Of a stretch of DNA of 64,000 nucleotides, positions 25,020 through 38,044 are shown one piece after another. Every line of letters begins with the position of its first letter. Within the stretch, counting starts at the first letter, position 1. The DNA is from Candidatus Stammera capleta (lineage in GTDB: Bacteria; Pseudomonadota; Gammaproteobacteria; Enterobacterales; Enterobacteriaceae), in assembly GCA_036689375.1 (NCBI GenBank), contig CP144808.1, positions 20,927 to 84,926 on the forward strand. Reading direction: 5' to 3'. A program made the translations under genes and the position numbers. The notes under the pieces were generated by a model that saw only the letters and a program-made list of their open reading frames with translations, searched no databases and was not told the origin of the DNA.

Positions 25020-25343
25020 ATGGCATGTAAGTTTCGTTTAAATGATAAAGTTGTTATTATTACTGGAAAAGATAAAGGTAAAGAAGGTATAATTAAAAAG
25101 ATTTCTTTAAAAAATAATAGAGTTTTATTAGATGGTTTAAATTTAGTATTTAAACATAAAAAGTCTATTCCATCAAATAATATAGTAGGAGGGATTTATA
25201 AAAAAGAATCTTGAGTAAATATTTCTAATATTAGTCATTTTTGTATTATTTCTGGAGAAATTTTTATTTCTAGAATTGGTTTTATGTATATTAAAAATAA
25301 AAAAAAACGTTATTTAAAATATAATAATATGATTATTAAATAA
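25020..25343 (+). CDS. rplX: 50S ribosomal protein L24
   Basis: KFRLNDKVVIITGKDKGKEGIIKK...LDGLNLVFKHKK matches L24. One in-frame TGA. ATG 25020 was chosen by alignment. Confidence 0.9.
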
Positions 25344-25344
25344 T

Positions 25345-25887
25345 ATGAGTAAATTATTTGATTTATATAATAGTGTTATTAAAAAAAAATTAATTAAGGA
25401 ATTTAATTATGTTTCTATTATGCAAGTTCCTAAATTAATTAAGATTGTTTTAAATATTTCATTGGATTCAGAATCTTTAGAAAAAAAAATAATAAATAAT
25501 GTATTTTTAAATTTGAAACTTATTTCTGGTCAAAAACCTATTTTTACAAAATCAAAAAAATCTATATCTAATTTTAAAATTAGAAAAAATTTTATTATTG
25601 GTTGTAAAGTTACTTTAAGAAAAAAGAATATGTGAAATTTTTTAGATAAATTAATATTTATTGTTATTCCTAGAATAAGAGATTTTAGAGGTTTTTCTAA
25701 AAAATCATTTGATAAAAATGGTAATTTAAATATTGGAATAAAAGAACATACTATTTTTCCAGAAATAAATTATGAAAAAATTTTTTATAATCATGGTTTA
25801 AATATATCTATTGTTATTAATAATAATAGTATTAATGAATCATTTAAATTATTAAAATATTTTTATTTTCCATTTAAAATTATTTAA
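25345..25887 (+). CDS. rplE: 50S ribosomal protein L5
   Basis: SGQKPIFTKSKKSISNFKIRK...GCKVTLRKKNMW-NFLDKL..VIPRIRDFRG matches L5. TGA at the conserved Trp. Confidence 0.95.
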
Positions 25888-25894
25888 TTAAATT

Positions 25895-26200
25895 ATGACA
25901 AAAAAATCAATATTAGCTCGTGAAAAAAAAAGAAAAATTTTATCAAAAAAATTTTATTCAATAAGAATGAAATTAAAAAAAATTATTTCTAATGTTAATA
26001 TTTCTAATAAAGATAGATGAAAAGCAGTTATTAAGTTACAATCTTTACCAAGAGATTCAAGTATTATTAGACAACGTAATAGATGTAGACAAACTGGCAG
26101 ATCTCATGGATTTTTAAGAAAATTTGGTTTGAGTAGAATTAAATTTCGTGAATTTGCTGTAAATGGTGATATTCCTGGATTAAAAAAATCTAGTTGATAA
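25895..26200 (+). CDS. rpsN: 30S ribosomal protein S14
   Basis: [39 protein letters not shown]...GLKKSSW. The terminal conserved Trp is TGA 26195-26197, followed by TAA. Confidence 0.95.
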
Positions 26201-26221
26201 TTATTTTTATTGGGTAAAAAT

Positions 26222-26617
26222 ATGAGTATGCAAGATTCTATTGGAAATATGTTGACTTGTATAAGAAATTCACAATTATCTAAAAAAAATGTTATTGAAA
26301 TTTATTATTCTAAATTCAAAAAATCTATTTTAGATATATTTTATAAAGAAGGTTTTATTAAAAAAATTAAAGTTATTATTAATAATAATAAAAAAAAAAT
26401 TTTAGTATATTTAAAATATTTTTCTAATGTTCCTGTTATTTATGAAATAACTCAAATTAGTCGTCCTAGTTTACGTATATATAAATCTTGTAAAAATTTA
26501 CCTGTTTTAAGATCAGGTTTAGGTATTATTATAGTATCTACTAATAAAGGAGTTATGACAGATAAACAGGCTCGTTTATTAAATGTTGGTGGAGAAATTA
26601 TTTGTAGTGTTTATTAA
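26222..26617 (+). CDS. rpsH: 30S ribosomal protein S8
   Basis: MSMQDSIGNMLTCIRNSQ...SRPSLRIY...STNKGVMTDKQARLLNVGGEIIC matches S8. Confidence 0.96.
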   Translation: MSMQDSIGNMLTCIRNSQLSKKNVIEIYYSKFKKSILDIFYKEGFIKKIKVIINNNKKKILVYLKYFSNVPVIYEITQISRPSLRIYKSCKNLPVLRSGLGIIIVSTNKGVMTDKQARLLNVGGEIICSVY

Positions 26618-26631
26618 TGGTGTAAAATTAT

Positions 26632-27174
26632 ATGTCACGTATTGCTAAAAATCCTATTGTTATTCCAAATTCTATTAAAATTTTTTTTGATAAAAATATT
26701 TTATTTTTAATTAAAGATAAATTAAAAATAAAATGTATTATTCATCCATCTGTTATTTTATCTATTATAGATAATAAAATATTTTTTGATATTAATAAAA
26801 AATATTTTAATTCTTGAATGTATGCTGGTACAACTAGATCTATAATTAATAATTATATAATTGGATTAATTAATGGTTATTCTAAATATTTAATTTTAGT
26901 TGGTATTGGTTATAAGGCTTATATTGAAAATGATTTTTTATTTTTAAATTTAGGTTTTTCTTATACTATTAAATATAAAATACCTTTTGGTATTTTAATT
27001 GAATGTATTGATTTTAATGAAATAGTTATAAAAGGTTATGATAAACAATTAGTTGGACAAATAGCTTCTAAAATAAGATCTTTTAAAAAACCTGAATGTT
27101 ATAAGTCTGGAAAAGGGATAAGATATAAAGATGAATTTGTTAAAATTAAAGAAAGTAAAAAAAAAATAAAATAA
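26632..27174 (+). CDS. rplF: 50S ribosomal protein L6
   Basis: [12 protein letters not shown]...[20 protein letters not shown]...[15 protein letters not shown] matches L6. TGA 26815-26817 joins the two ORF-track pieces. Confidence 0.94.
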
Positions 27175-27184
27175 ATATAAAAAT

Positions 27185-27535
27185 ATGTTTAATAAAAAAC
27201 AATCTCGTTTACGTAGATGTAAAAAATTACGTTTTTTTGCTAAAAAATATAATAAATTACGTTTAGTAGTTTATAAAACTTCTAAACATATTTATTCTCA
27301 AATTATATTATTTAAAAATAATAATTCTTATGTTTTAGCATCATCATCTACTTTAGAAAAAAATAATATTGGTTTTAATAAGAAAGTTTCTGCTAGTATT
27401 ATTGGTAAAAATATAGCTATTCGTTCTATTAATATTGGTATTAAAAAAGTTGTTTTTGATAGATCTGGATTTAAATATCATGGTCGTATAAAAATTTTAG
27501 CTGAATATGCTAGAAAATATGGTTTATTATTTTAA
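27185..27535 (+). CDS. rplR: 50S ribosomal protein L18
   Basis: [16 protein letters not shown]...[24 protein letters not shown] matches L18. Confidence 0.95.
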   Translation: MFNKKQSRLRRCKKLRFFAKKYNKLRLVVYKTSKHIYSQIILFKNNNSYVLASSSTLEKNNIGFNKKVSASIIGKNIAIRSINIGIKKVVFDRSGFKYHGRIKILAEYARKYGLLF

Positions 27536-27548
27536 TATATGGTTTTTT

Positions 27549-28049
27549 ATGAAAAAAAATATTTTTAATAATGAGTTTTATGAAAAGTTAGTTTTTGTTA
27601 ATAGAATATCTAAAACAGTTAAAGGTGGTAGAGTATTTTCTTTTTCTGCTTTAACTGTAGTTGGTAATAAAAAAGGTAAAGTTGGTTATGGTTATGGAAA
27701 AGCAAAAGAAGTTCCTTTAGCTATACAAAAATCTTTAGATAAATCTAAAAAAAATATGATTGATATTTTAGTAAATAAAAATAAAACTATTAATCATGAA
27801 ATAAAAACTAAATATATTAGTACTATTGTTTTTATGAAACCAGCTTCTATAGGTACTGGTATAATAGCAGGTAAATCTATGATGGCTGTTTTTAAAGCAG
27901 TTGGTATTGAGAATATTTTAGCTAAAATTTATGGATCTAATAATCCTATAAATATAGTAAAAGCTACAATAAAAGCTTTATCTTTAATAAAATCACCTTA
28001 TTATATTGCTTGTAAAAGAGGTAAGTTTTTAAAAGAAATATTATTTTAA
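27549..28049 (+). CDS. rpsE: 30S ribosomal protein S5
   Basis: [45 protein letters not shown] matches S5. ATG 27549 was chosen by alignment. Confidence 0.95.
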   Translation: MKKNIFNNEFYEKLVFVNRISKTVKGGRVFSFSALTVVGNKKGKVGYGYGKAKEVPLAIQKSLDKSKKNMIDILVNKNKTINHEIKTKYISTIVFMKPASIGTGIIAGKSMMAVFKAVGIENILAKIYGSNNPINIVKATIKALSLIKSPYYIACKRGKFLKEILF

Positions 28050-28084
28050 TTATATAATTAATTAATTTATTTGTGGTAAATATT

Positions 28085-28507
28085 ATGTTATTGTTAAATA
28101 GGTTATTTAATGTTTTTGTTAATAAAAAATCTAAAAGATTAGGTAGAGGTATAGGATCTGGTTTAGGAAAAACTAGTGGAAAAGGACATAAAGGACAAAA
28201 ATCTAGATCTGGTTATAAAATTAATAGGTTTTTTGAAGGTGGACAAACTCCTTTTTATCGTCGTATACCAAAATTTGGTTTTAATAAAAAAAAAGATAAA
28301 AAATTAAAAGAATTATGTTTATCTAAATTAGATATTTTTAAAGAAAATGATATTATTAATTTAAAATTATTGAAAGATAATAATTTAATTAATAAAAAAA
28401 TAAAATTTGTTAAAATTATTTTAAGTAAAAGTTTTTTTAAAAAAAAATTAATTATTTTAGATAAAAATATTAGTATATCTTCTGGAGTTTTAAAAAAAAT
28501 TAAGTAA
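28085..28507 (+). CDS. rplO: 50S ribosomal protein L15
   Basis: [27 protein letters not shown]...[17 protein letters not shown] matches L15. Follows rpsE directly, so there is no rpmD. Confidence 0.94.
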   Translation: MLLLNRLFNVFVNKKSKRLGRGIGSGLGKTSGKGHKGQKSRSGYKINRFFEGGQTPFYRRIPKFGFNKKKDKKLKELCLSKLDIFKENDIINLKLLKDNNLINKKIKFVKIILSKSFFKKKLIILDKNISISSGVLKKIK

Positions 28508-28536
28508 TTTGTTTATGAATTAATTATAGGTATTCT

Positions 28537-29847
28537 ATGATTAAAAATGTTTATATAAATACTATTATAAATGGATTGCAAGAGTTAAAAAATAGATTAT
28601 TTTATTTATTTTTGTTTATTTTTGTTTTTCGTATAGGAGTTTTTATATCTATCCCAGGTATTAATATTAATATATTTAATAATTTATTTATAAATAATCA
28701 AAATACATTTTGATATATATTTAATATGTTTTCTGGAGGATCTTTAATTCATTCTTCTATATTTGCTTTAGGTATTATACCATATATATCTTCTTCTATA
28801 ATAATTCAATTATTTACTATAGTTTTTCCTAATTTTTTAGGTTGTAAAAAAGAAAGTGTTTTAGGAAGATATAAAATTAATATGTATACTAGATATTTAA
28901 CTTTATTTTTATCTATTTTTCAATCTATATGTATTTCTACAGTAATACTTAATTTTAATAGTTTAAATAATATTATTATAGATGATAATTTTATTACTTA
29001 TTTTATGTTTATACTTAGTTTAGTTACAGGTACTATGTTTTTAATGTGATTAGGAGAACAAATTTCTGAAAAAGGTTTAGGTAATGGTATATCTGTAATT
29101 ATTTTTATAGGTATTGTTTCTAATTTACCTAATTTTTTATTTTATTTTTTTAAAAATTTTAATATTAATTATATTTATTTAATTAAGTTAATTTTAATTA
29201 TTTTTTTTATGTTTTGTACTATTTTTTTTATTGTTTTTGTTGAAATGGCTCAAAGAAAAATATTAGTTTATTATGCGTCTAGAAGATATATTCAAAATAA
29301 ATATTTTTTTTCTACAGATACTTTTTTACCTTTTAAAGTTAATATGTCTGGTGTAATCCCAGTTATTTTTTCTTCTAGTATTTTAGCTTTTATTACATTT
29401 TTTATTTTTTGGATAAACAGTTATTTAAAATATTATTTTTTTTATTATTTAGCTATTTTATTTTTACCTAGATATATATTTCATTCAATATTTAGTGTTT
29501 TTTTAATAATATTTTTTTCTTTTTTTTATACATTATTGATGTATAATTCTGATGATATATCAAATAATTTAATGAAAACTGGTGCTTATATTCCTGGAAT
29601 AAGACCTGGTAAAAGTACATCTGTATTTTTAAATAAAATTATATTACGTATAACTTTATTTGGTTCTTTATATATATCTATTATATGTTTAGTACCGGAT
29701 TTTATTTATAGTGTTTTTAGTTTTCCTATTTATTTTAGTGGTACGTCTTTATTAATAGTTGTTGTAGTTGTTATGGAGTTTATATCTCAAATTCAATCTT
29801 TAGTTATGTCTAATAAATATTTTTCTATTATAAAAAAAAAATATTAA
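28537..29847 (+). CDS. secY: Preprotein translocase subunit SecY
   Basis: [17 protein letters not shown] and [26 protein letters not shown] match SecY. Two in-frame TGA join three ORF-track pieces in one frame. Confidence 0.94.
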
Positions 29848-29851
29848 ATAT

Positions 29852-29968
29852 ATGAAAGTAAGAGCTTCTATTAAAAAAATTTGTTTTTTTTGTAAAATAA
29901 TTAAAAGATGTGGTGTTTTACGTGTTATTTGTAATAATAATCCAAAACATAAACAACGTCAAGGATAA
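29852..29968 (+). CDS. rpmJ: 50S ribosomal protein L36
   Basis: [38 protein letters not shown] is a 38 aa L36 with its Cys/His ligands. Confidence 0.93.
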   Translation: MKVRASIKKICFFCKIIKRCGVLRVICNNNPKHKQRQG

Positions 29969-29985
29969 TTGATAATTTTAAATTT

Positions 29986-30339
29986 ATGATTAGAATAGTT
30001 GGAGTTAATATACCAGATAATAAGTCTATTTTATTTGGTTTAATGTTAATTTACGGTATAGGTAGATCTAGAGCTAAATTAATTTGTAATTCTATTAAAA
30101 TAAATTATTTAACAAAAATAAAAGATTTAAGTGAAAAAAATATAGAATTAATTAGAAAATTTTTATTTAATTTTATTTTGGAAGGTGATTTAAGAAGAGA
30201 AAATATGTTAAATATAAAAAGATTAGTTGATTTAAATTGTTATAGGGGTATAAGATATAAAAAAAAATTGCCTGTTAGAGGTCAAAGAACAAGAACTAAT
30301 GCTAAAACTTGTAGGAAATTAAATATATATAGAAAATAA
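29986..30339 (+). CDS. rpsM: 30S ribosomal protein S13
   Basis: MIRIVGVNIPDNK...IYGIGRSRA...LNCYRGIRYKKKLPVRGQRTRTNA matches S13. Confidence 0.96.
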   Translation: MIRIVGVNIPDNKSILFGLMLIYGIGRSRAKLICNSIKINYLTKIKDLSEKNIELIRKFLFNFILEGDLRRENMLNIKRLVDLNCYRGIRYKKKLPVRGQRTRTNAKTCRKLNIYRK

Positions 30340-30352
30340 TATAGGTTAGATT

Positions 30353-30739
30353 ATGTTAAAAAAGAATAAAGTAAATATTAAAAATAAAAGAAAAGTTATT
30401 AATGGTATAGCTCATATATATGCTTCTTTTAATAATACTATAATTAGTATTACTGATATATTAGGTAATGTTTTAGGTTGAGCTACTTCTGGAGGTTCTG
30501 GTTTTAGAGGGTCTAGAAAATCAACACCTTTTGCTGCTCAAATAGCTGTTGAAAAATGTTCTAATATAGTTAAAGTTTATGGTATTAAAAATTTAGAAGT
30601 TATGGTTAATGGTCCAGGACCTGGAAGAGAATCAAGTATTAGAGCATTATATAATTCTGGTTTTAATATAACAAGTATAAGTGATGTTACTCCTATACCT
30701 CATAATGGATGTAGATCTCCTAAAAAAAGACGTGTATAA
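30353..30739 (+). CDS. rpsK: 30S ribosomal protein S11
   Basis: [44 protein letters not shown]...[13 protein letters not shown] matches S11. TGA at the conserved Trp. Confidence 0.95.
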
Positions 30740-30764
30740 ATAAATAATTTTATAAGGAATATAT

Positions 30765-31382
30765 ATGAAATATATTGGTCCTAAATTGAGATTAAGTAGA
30801 AGAGAAGGTTCGGATTTATTTCTTAAGTCTGGATTAAAAAATATAGAGTCAAAATGTAAAATAGATAAAATTCCTGGTCAGCATTCTTATAGAAAAGTTA
30901 GATTATCTGATTATGGTATTCAACTTAGAGAAAAACAAAAAGTTCGTAGAATTTATGGTATTTCAGAAAAACAATTTTTTAATTATTATAAAAAATCTTT
31001 GCTTTTAAAGGGAAATACTGGAGAATTTTTATTAGTTTTTTTAGAAAGAAGATTAGATAATGTTGTATATAGAATGGGATTTGGTAGTACTAGATTTGAA
31101 GCTAGACAATTAGTTAATCATAAATCTATTATTGTTAATAATGTTATAGTAAATATTCCTTCTTATTTAATATCATCTGGAGATGTTATTAAAATTAGAT
31201 TAAAATGTATTAATCAAGAAAGAATTAAATATTCTTTAAAATTATTTGAAAAAAGAGAAATTCCTTCTTGAATAGATGTTAATATAAAAAAAATGGAGGG
31301 TATTTTTAAGAATAATCCTTCTAGAAAAGATTTTTTACATGATATTAGTGAAAATTTGATTTTAGAATTTTATTCTAAATAA
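30765..31382 (+). CDS. rpsD: 30S ribosomal protein S4
   Basis: [15 protein letters not shown] and [22 protein letters not shown] motifs, and REIPSW-IDVN matches REKPTWLEVD. Ends ...LEFYSK. Confidence 0.95.
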
Positions 31383-31399
31383 TTTATTAGGGATAAATT

Positions 31400-32416
31400 A
31401 TGTTTTCTTTGATTGAATTTTTAAAACCTAAATTAACTAAAATTAAGAAAATATCTGATGTATGTTCAGAGATTGTATTAGAACCTTTAGAAAGAGGATT
31501 TGGTTATACTTTTGGAAATGTTTTTAGAAGAATATTATTATCTTCTATACCAGGTTTTGCTGTAACTGAGGTTGAAATTAAAGGTATTTTACATGAATAT
31601 AGTATAAAGGATGGTTTATTAGAAGATATTATGGATGTTATTTTAAATTTAAAAAGATTATCTATTTTTTTGAAAAATGATGTAATTGAAGGTATATTAT
31701 TTTTAAAAAAAAAAGGTATATGTACAGTATATGCTTCTGATATTACATCTAATGTAGATTTTTTTATACCAAATCCAAATTATGTTATATGTAATTTAAC
31801 TTCTAAAGAATCTTTTATTGATATGAAAATAAAAGTTGAATTAGGTAGAGGTTATTCTTCATCTAATTTAAAAATAAATAATTATAAAAAAAAAAATTTA
31901 AATAATTTATTTATAGGTAAGATACTTATTGATTCTATTTATTCTCCTGTAGAACGTGTTTCTTATAGAGTTGAAAAAATTTCTTTAAAAGAAAAAGATG
32001 ATTTAGATAAGTTAATTATAAATATTGAAACTAATGGAACTATAAAACCTATAGTTGTTTTAAAAAAAGCTGCTTTAATATTAATTGATCAATTAAATTC
32101 ATTTGTTAATTTAAACGAGGATTATAATTTTTGTAAAAAAAAAAGTAAGTCATCGTTTGATTCTATATTATTAAAATTAGTTGATGATTTAGAATTAACT
32201 GTTAGATCTGCTAATTGTTTAAAAAATGAATCTATAATTTATATAGGTGATTTAATTCAAAAAACTGAAAATGATTTATTAAAAACTCCTAATTTAGGTA
32301 AAAAATCTTTAATTGAAATAAAAAATGTTTTGTATAGTAAAGGATTAAAATTAGGTACAAAAATAAATAATTGACCTCCAATAGAATTATTAAAAAAAAA
32401 TAATGTAAAGGATTAA
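31400..32416 (+). CDS. rpoA: DNA-directed RNA polymerase subunit alpha
   Basis: [24 protein letters not shown], with C-terminal domain [12 protein letters not shown]...IGDL and INNW-PP matching LENWPP. Confidence 0.95.
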
Positions 32417-32421
32417 ATTTT

Positions 32422-32775
32422 ATGCGTCATAAAAAAATTGGTAGAAAATTAAATAGAAATAGTAGTCATAGAAAATCTATGTTTATTAATATGTCTAATT
32501 CTTTAATAAAGTTTGAATTTATAAAAACTACTTTATATAAAGCTAAAGAATTAAGAAGATATATAGAATATTATATAAATATAGCAAAAAAAAATAATTT
32601 TTTTAATAAACGTGTATTATTTAATAATATAAGAAATAAAAATAATGTTAATAAATTAGTTGATTTAATAGCTCCTAGATTTGTTAATAGATCAGGTGGT
32701 TATACAAGAATAATAAAGTGTTGTTTTCGTAGTGGAGATAAATCTTCTATGGCTTATATAGAAATTATTAAATAA
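32422..32775 (+). CDS. rplQ: 50S ribosomal protein L17
   Basis: MRHKKIGRKLNRNSSHRKSMF.NM...GGYTRIIK matches L17. Confidence 0.95.
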   Translation: MRHKKIGRKLNRNSSHRKSMFINMSNSLIKFEFIKTTLYKAKELRRYIEYYINIAKKNNFFNKRVLFNNIRNKNNVNKLVDLIAPRFVNRSGGYTRIIKCCFRSGDKSSMAYIEIIK

Positions 32776-32876
32776 TATTATTTATTTTAAGATAAGATAT
32801 TTATTATTTTTTTATAAATATTTAATTTAAATATTAAAATTTTTTATAAAATAATTAATTAGTAGTATAATAAATT

Positions 32877-33971
32877 ATGATTAGACCTATATTTAAAACT
32901 TTTAATATAAAAAATTTTAAGAATAATTTTTCTTTAATTAATAAATTTTCTTATAATAAAAAATTATGAATTGTTGTTAAAGCTGATGCTTATGGTCATG
33001 GTATAAAAAATATATATAAATTTTTATATAATAAAATATATGGTTTTGCTGTTGTTAGTATTGAAGAAGCAATTTTATTACGTGATTTAGGTTTTGATAA
33101 ATATATTTTATTATTGGAAGGATTTTTTGATATTAAAGAAGTTTATTTATGTTTAAAATTTAATTTTGTTGTTGTTATTCATAATATTTGACAAATAAAT
33201 ATTTTAAAAAAAATAAAAAATTTTTCAAATAAATTAAATGTTTATTTAAAATTTAATAATGATTTAAATAGATTAGGTTTTGATATAAAATATATTAAAA
33301 AAACTTATTTTTTGTTAAAAAATATAAATATAATAAATAGTATTGGTTTAATTTTTCATTTATCTAAATCTGGTAAATATGATTCTAAAAATAATTATAT
33401 TATTAATTATAATAAAATAATGAATTTTAATTTATATTTTAATGATATATCTATTTTTAGTTCATCTGGTTTAATATGACATTTAAATAATATTTTTACA
33501 AATTCTGTTAGAATAGGAATATTATTATATGGAGGTTCTCCTACTGGAGATTTTAATGATATAAAGAAATATGGTTTTAAACCTGTTATAACTTTTAATA
33601 GTAGAATTATTAGTATTAGAAAAGTAAAGTCTGGAAATTTTGTTGGTTATAATGGTAGTTATTTTTTTAGAAAATCTACTATTTTAGGAGTAGTATGTTG
33701 TGGTTATGCTGATGGTTATCCTAGACAATTATCTAATAATTCTTTTGTTTTAGTAAATAATAATTTTAAAGCTAAAATAGTAGGATTTATATCTATGGAT
33801 ATGTTAATTATAGATTTATTAGATAATAAATATATAAATATTGGTGATATTGTTGAATTATGAGGTGAAAATATTTATATAGATTATATAGCTAAATTAG
33901 CTAACACAATTAGTTATAATTTAATGTGTTCTATAAATAATAAAAGAGTAAAATTTGAGTATAAATATTAG
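32877..33971 (+). CDS. alr: Alanine racemase
   Basis: The PLP site W-IVVKADAYGHG, LLLEGFF, GILLYGGSP, GYADGYPR, ISMDM and GDIVELW-GEN are collinear with E. coli Alr. Four in-frame TGA. Ends at TAG 33969-33971. Confidence 0.88.
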
Positions 33972-33975
33972 TAAA

Positions 33976-34833
33976 ATGTTTACTTTTCAAAAAGTAGTTT
34001 CATTATTATTTAAATTTTGGTCTAATTTAGGTAGTAGTATTATTCAACCTTTTGATATTGAAATTGGAGCTGCTACTTTTCATCCAATTACTTTTTTTAA
34101 TTCTATTAATAAAAATAATATATTTTTTTGTTATTTACAATTATGTAGAAGACCTAGTGATAGTAAATATGGTAAAATATTTAATAAATTTCAACAATAT
34201 TATCAATTTCAAGTTATAAAAAAACCTTTTAATAATAATTTACAAAATATATATATAGATTCTTTAAAGTTTTTAGGAATTGATTTAAGAATTAATGATA
34301 TAAGTTTTATTGATGATAATTGAGAAAATCCAACTTTAGGAGCTTATGGAATTGGATGAGAAGTTTGATTAAATGGAATAGAAATAACTCAATTTACTTA
34401 TTTTAAACAAATGGCTGGTTTTGAGTGTATTCCTTCAGTTGTTGAAATTACTTATGGTTTAGAGCGTATATTAATGCATTTACAAAATGTATATAATATT
34501 AAAGATTTAATATGAGATAATAATATTTTTGGTGTTATAAAATATAATGATGTAGTTTTTTTTAATGAAATAGAAAAGTCTTTTTATAATTTATGTTATT
34601 CTGATACGAAATTTTTAATTAATTCTATAATTAATTATGAAAATCAATGTTTGAAATTAATTTCATTTAAAAAACCATTAATAATTTCTTCTTATGAATT
34701 TGCAATTAAAATTGTTAATTATTTTAATTTGTTAGATGCAAGAGAATATTTTTCTTATTTAGAAAGACAAAGTTTTATTTTACGTATAAGAAATTTATTT
34801 AATAATATAGCTAAAATTTATTTAAAATATTAA
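33976..34833 (+). CDS. glyQ: Glycine--tRNA ligase alpha subunit
   Basis: [31 protein letters not shown] and ITYGLERI match GlyQ. Four TGA lie at conserved Trp positions. Confidence 0.95.
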
Positions 34834-34841
34834 TTTTGTTT

Positions 34842-36947
34842 ATGAATAATATGTTTTTAAATGGTATTTTATTAATTGAAATAGGTGTTCAAGAATTACC
34901 TATAAATAAATTAATCTTTTTAAGATTAATGTTTTCTAAATATATAAAATATGAGTTTAATAAATTTAATTTTTTTTATAAAAATGAAAGATTTTATATT
35001 ACTTCTAGAAGATTTTCTTGTTTATTATATGATTTTTATTTTTATCAAAAATTTAAATTTGATTATAAAATAATTAATGGCCCTAAATTATTTATAGATA
35101 ATTGTGATAATTTTTTTAAAGATAAAAAAATATTAGGTTGAGCAAATAAATATAATATAAAAAAAAGTGATATTTTATTTAAAATAGAAAATAATTTTAA
35201 ATGTTTTTTTTTTAAAAAAAAAAATGAATCTTTAGGAATAGATTTATTAATTAAAAATATAATTAATAATGTTTTAATTAAACTTAATTCTAATTATTGT
35301 GGAGTTAGATGAAGTAAAAAAAATTTTTTATTTTTAAAACCTATCACTAATATAATTGTTATGTTTAATAAAAAAATATTAGATTTTTGTATTTTTGGTG
35401 TTAGATCAGGAAATAAATTATTATGTAATAGATTTTTATTAAATAAAAATATATTATTATATAACTCTAAAGATTATATTGATTTTTTATTAAATTATGG
35501 AAAAGTTATTTTAATTTGTAAAGATAGAGTAAAAAAAATTATTTATTTTTTAAAAAAAATATCATTTTTTAAAAAAATTTTTTTTAAATTTAATATTTCA
35601 TTTTTTAGAAAAATAGTTTTTATGTATGAATGACCAGTATTATTATTATGTAAGTTTAAAAAAAAATTTTTGTTTTTACCTAAAGAATTTATAATTTATA
35701 TTTTAGAAAAACATTATTTTTTTGTTTCTTATAATTTATTTAATAATTTAAATAATTATTTTATAGTAGTTTTAAATATAGAAATTGTAAATTATATTTT
35801 TTTAAAAAATAATTATGAAAATATTATAAATTCTGAATTAAATGAGTTAAAAAAATTATATATAAAAGATATTAAATATGATTTAATATTTTATTTATAT
35901 AAATTAAGAAAATTGTTTTTTCATAGAAATCTTGGAACTTATTTTGATAAGATTAGAAGAATTTTATATATGTGTAAATATATATTAAAAAAAACAGATT
36001 TAAATATTAATTATATTTTATTAAATAAAGCTATTTTATTATCTAAGTGTGATTTAGCTACTTGTGTATATAAAGAATATCCTTTATTAAAAGGAATAAT
36101 TGGAATGCATTATTCTTATTTAAGTAATAATGAAAAAAAAATATCTTATATTATAAAAAATCATTATTTTAATAAAAAAAATATTGATCATAATAATATA
36201 TATTATAAATATAGTATTTTAATTTCTTTAGTTGATAATATAGATACATTTGTTGGAATTTTTATATTAAAAAACAATTTATTTTTTTTTAAAAAACAAA
36301 ATGATCCTTATGGTTTAAAGAAAATATCTGATAAGATAATAAATCTTATTTTATTAAATAAAATTTATTTAAATATATTATTTTTAATTAAATATTCTCT
36401 TTTATTATATAGAAATTTTGTTTTTGTTAGTAAATATTTTAGTATTATTATAAATTTTTTAATTAAAAGATGTTTTGTTTTTTTTTTAAAATATGGTCAT
36501 CATAAAAATGATATAATGTCTATTTTAAAAATAAATAATTTTGATATTTTTGATTTTAAAAATAAATTAATTTTTATAAAAAAAAATAAATATAAAAATA
36601 TTTTTATTAAATTAGTTTGTGTTTTTAAGAGAATAAATAATATTTTGTTGAAATTTAATTTTGATAAAAAAATAATTTTAAATAAATATTTTTTTTTTAA
36701 TTTTTATGAAATTAATGTTTATAATTATTTAATTTTTATTAAGAATAAGATAAATAAATTTTTGATTTTGCATAATTATAATTTATTTTTTAGATGTTTA
36801 TATGGTTCTTTAAAAAAAATAGAAATTTTTTTAGATAAAGTTAAAATAAATGTTAAAAATGTATATATAAAAAATAATAGATATTGATTATTAAATCAAT
36901 ATAAAATTATTTTTAAAAAATTTTCTAATTTTTTATATTATTTTTAG
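34842..36947 (+). CDS. glyS: Glycine--tRNA ligase beta subunit (highly diverged)
   Basis: LLIEIGVQELP, MYEW-PVLLLCKFKKKFLFLP (E. coli [20 protein letters not shown]), LSKCDLAT and GIIGMHY motifs. Four in-frame TGA, one frame. Ends at TAG 36945-36947. Confidence 0.88.
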
Positions 36948-38044
36948 TTTAAAATAATACCATTTGTTATTATTCCTCCTCCTATACATATTTTTTTTTT
37001 ATAAAATACTGCTGATTGTCCAGGACATATTGATAATATAGGTTTTTTAAATATTATTTTAATTTTTTTTAAAAAAAATATTAAACATGATATATTTTTA
37101 TATTGTTGTGATCTTATTTTTATATAACATTTTAGTTTTTTTATTTTTTTTATTTTATTTATAAAATGTATTTTTTTTATATATAATCCTTTATATAGTA
37201 GCTTTTTTTTTTTTGATGATACTATTAATTTATTTTTTTTAATTTTTTTTTTAATTACATAATATGCTTTTTTTTGTTTTATATCTAAATTTAAATTTTT
37301 TCTTTGTCCTATTGTATAAAAATGGAGTCCTTTATGTATACCTAGAAATTCTTTTTTAGAATTTATTATTATTCCTGGTTTTTCTTTTATATATTTTTTT
37401 ATAAATTTAAAGAAATTTTTTTTTCCTATAAAACATATTCCATATGAATCTTTTTTTTTATAATTTATTAAATTTAAATTTTTTGCTATATCTCTGATTT
37501 TTTTTTTATAATAATTTCCTATTGGAAAAATACATTTTTTTAATTGTTTTTGATTTAATGTATATAAAAAATAAGTTTGATCTTTTTTATTATCTATTCC
37601 TTTTAATAAAAAATATGAATTTTTTTTTTTATATTTTATTGCATAATGTCCTGTAGCTATAAAATCTGCTTTTAGAATTTTTATACTAAATTTTATAAAT
37701 AAATTAAATTTAATTATTTTATTACATAATATATCTGGATTTATTAATATATTTTTTTTTAATTTTTTAATAAATTTAGAAAAAACCATATTTCAATATT
37801 CATATGTAAAATCTATTAGATATAGTTTTACATTAAATAATTTACATACATTTTTACAATCTTTATAATCTTTTTTATAGTTACATGTTTTATTTTTAAT
37901 GTTTTTTTTTTCTTGTCAACATTTTATAAATACACATTTTATTTTATATCCTAATTGTTTCAATATTCATATTGAAACAGAAGAGTCTACTCCTCCTGAT
38001 AATGCAACTATTATTGTATATATTACAGTTATATTTTTATTCAT
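36944..38044 (-). CDS. mnmA: tRNA-specific 2-thiouridylase MnmA
   Basis: ALSGGVDSSVSIW-IL, FIKCW-QE, FTYEYW-N, NPDILCNKIIKF, ATGHY, KDQTYFLY, DSYGICFIG and PGQSAVFY are collinear with MnmA. Confidence 0.92.
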
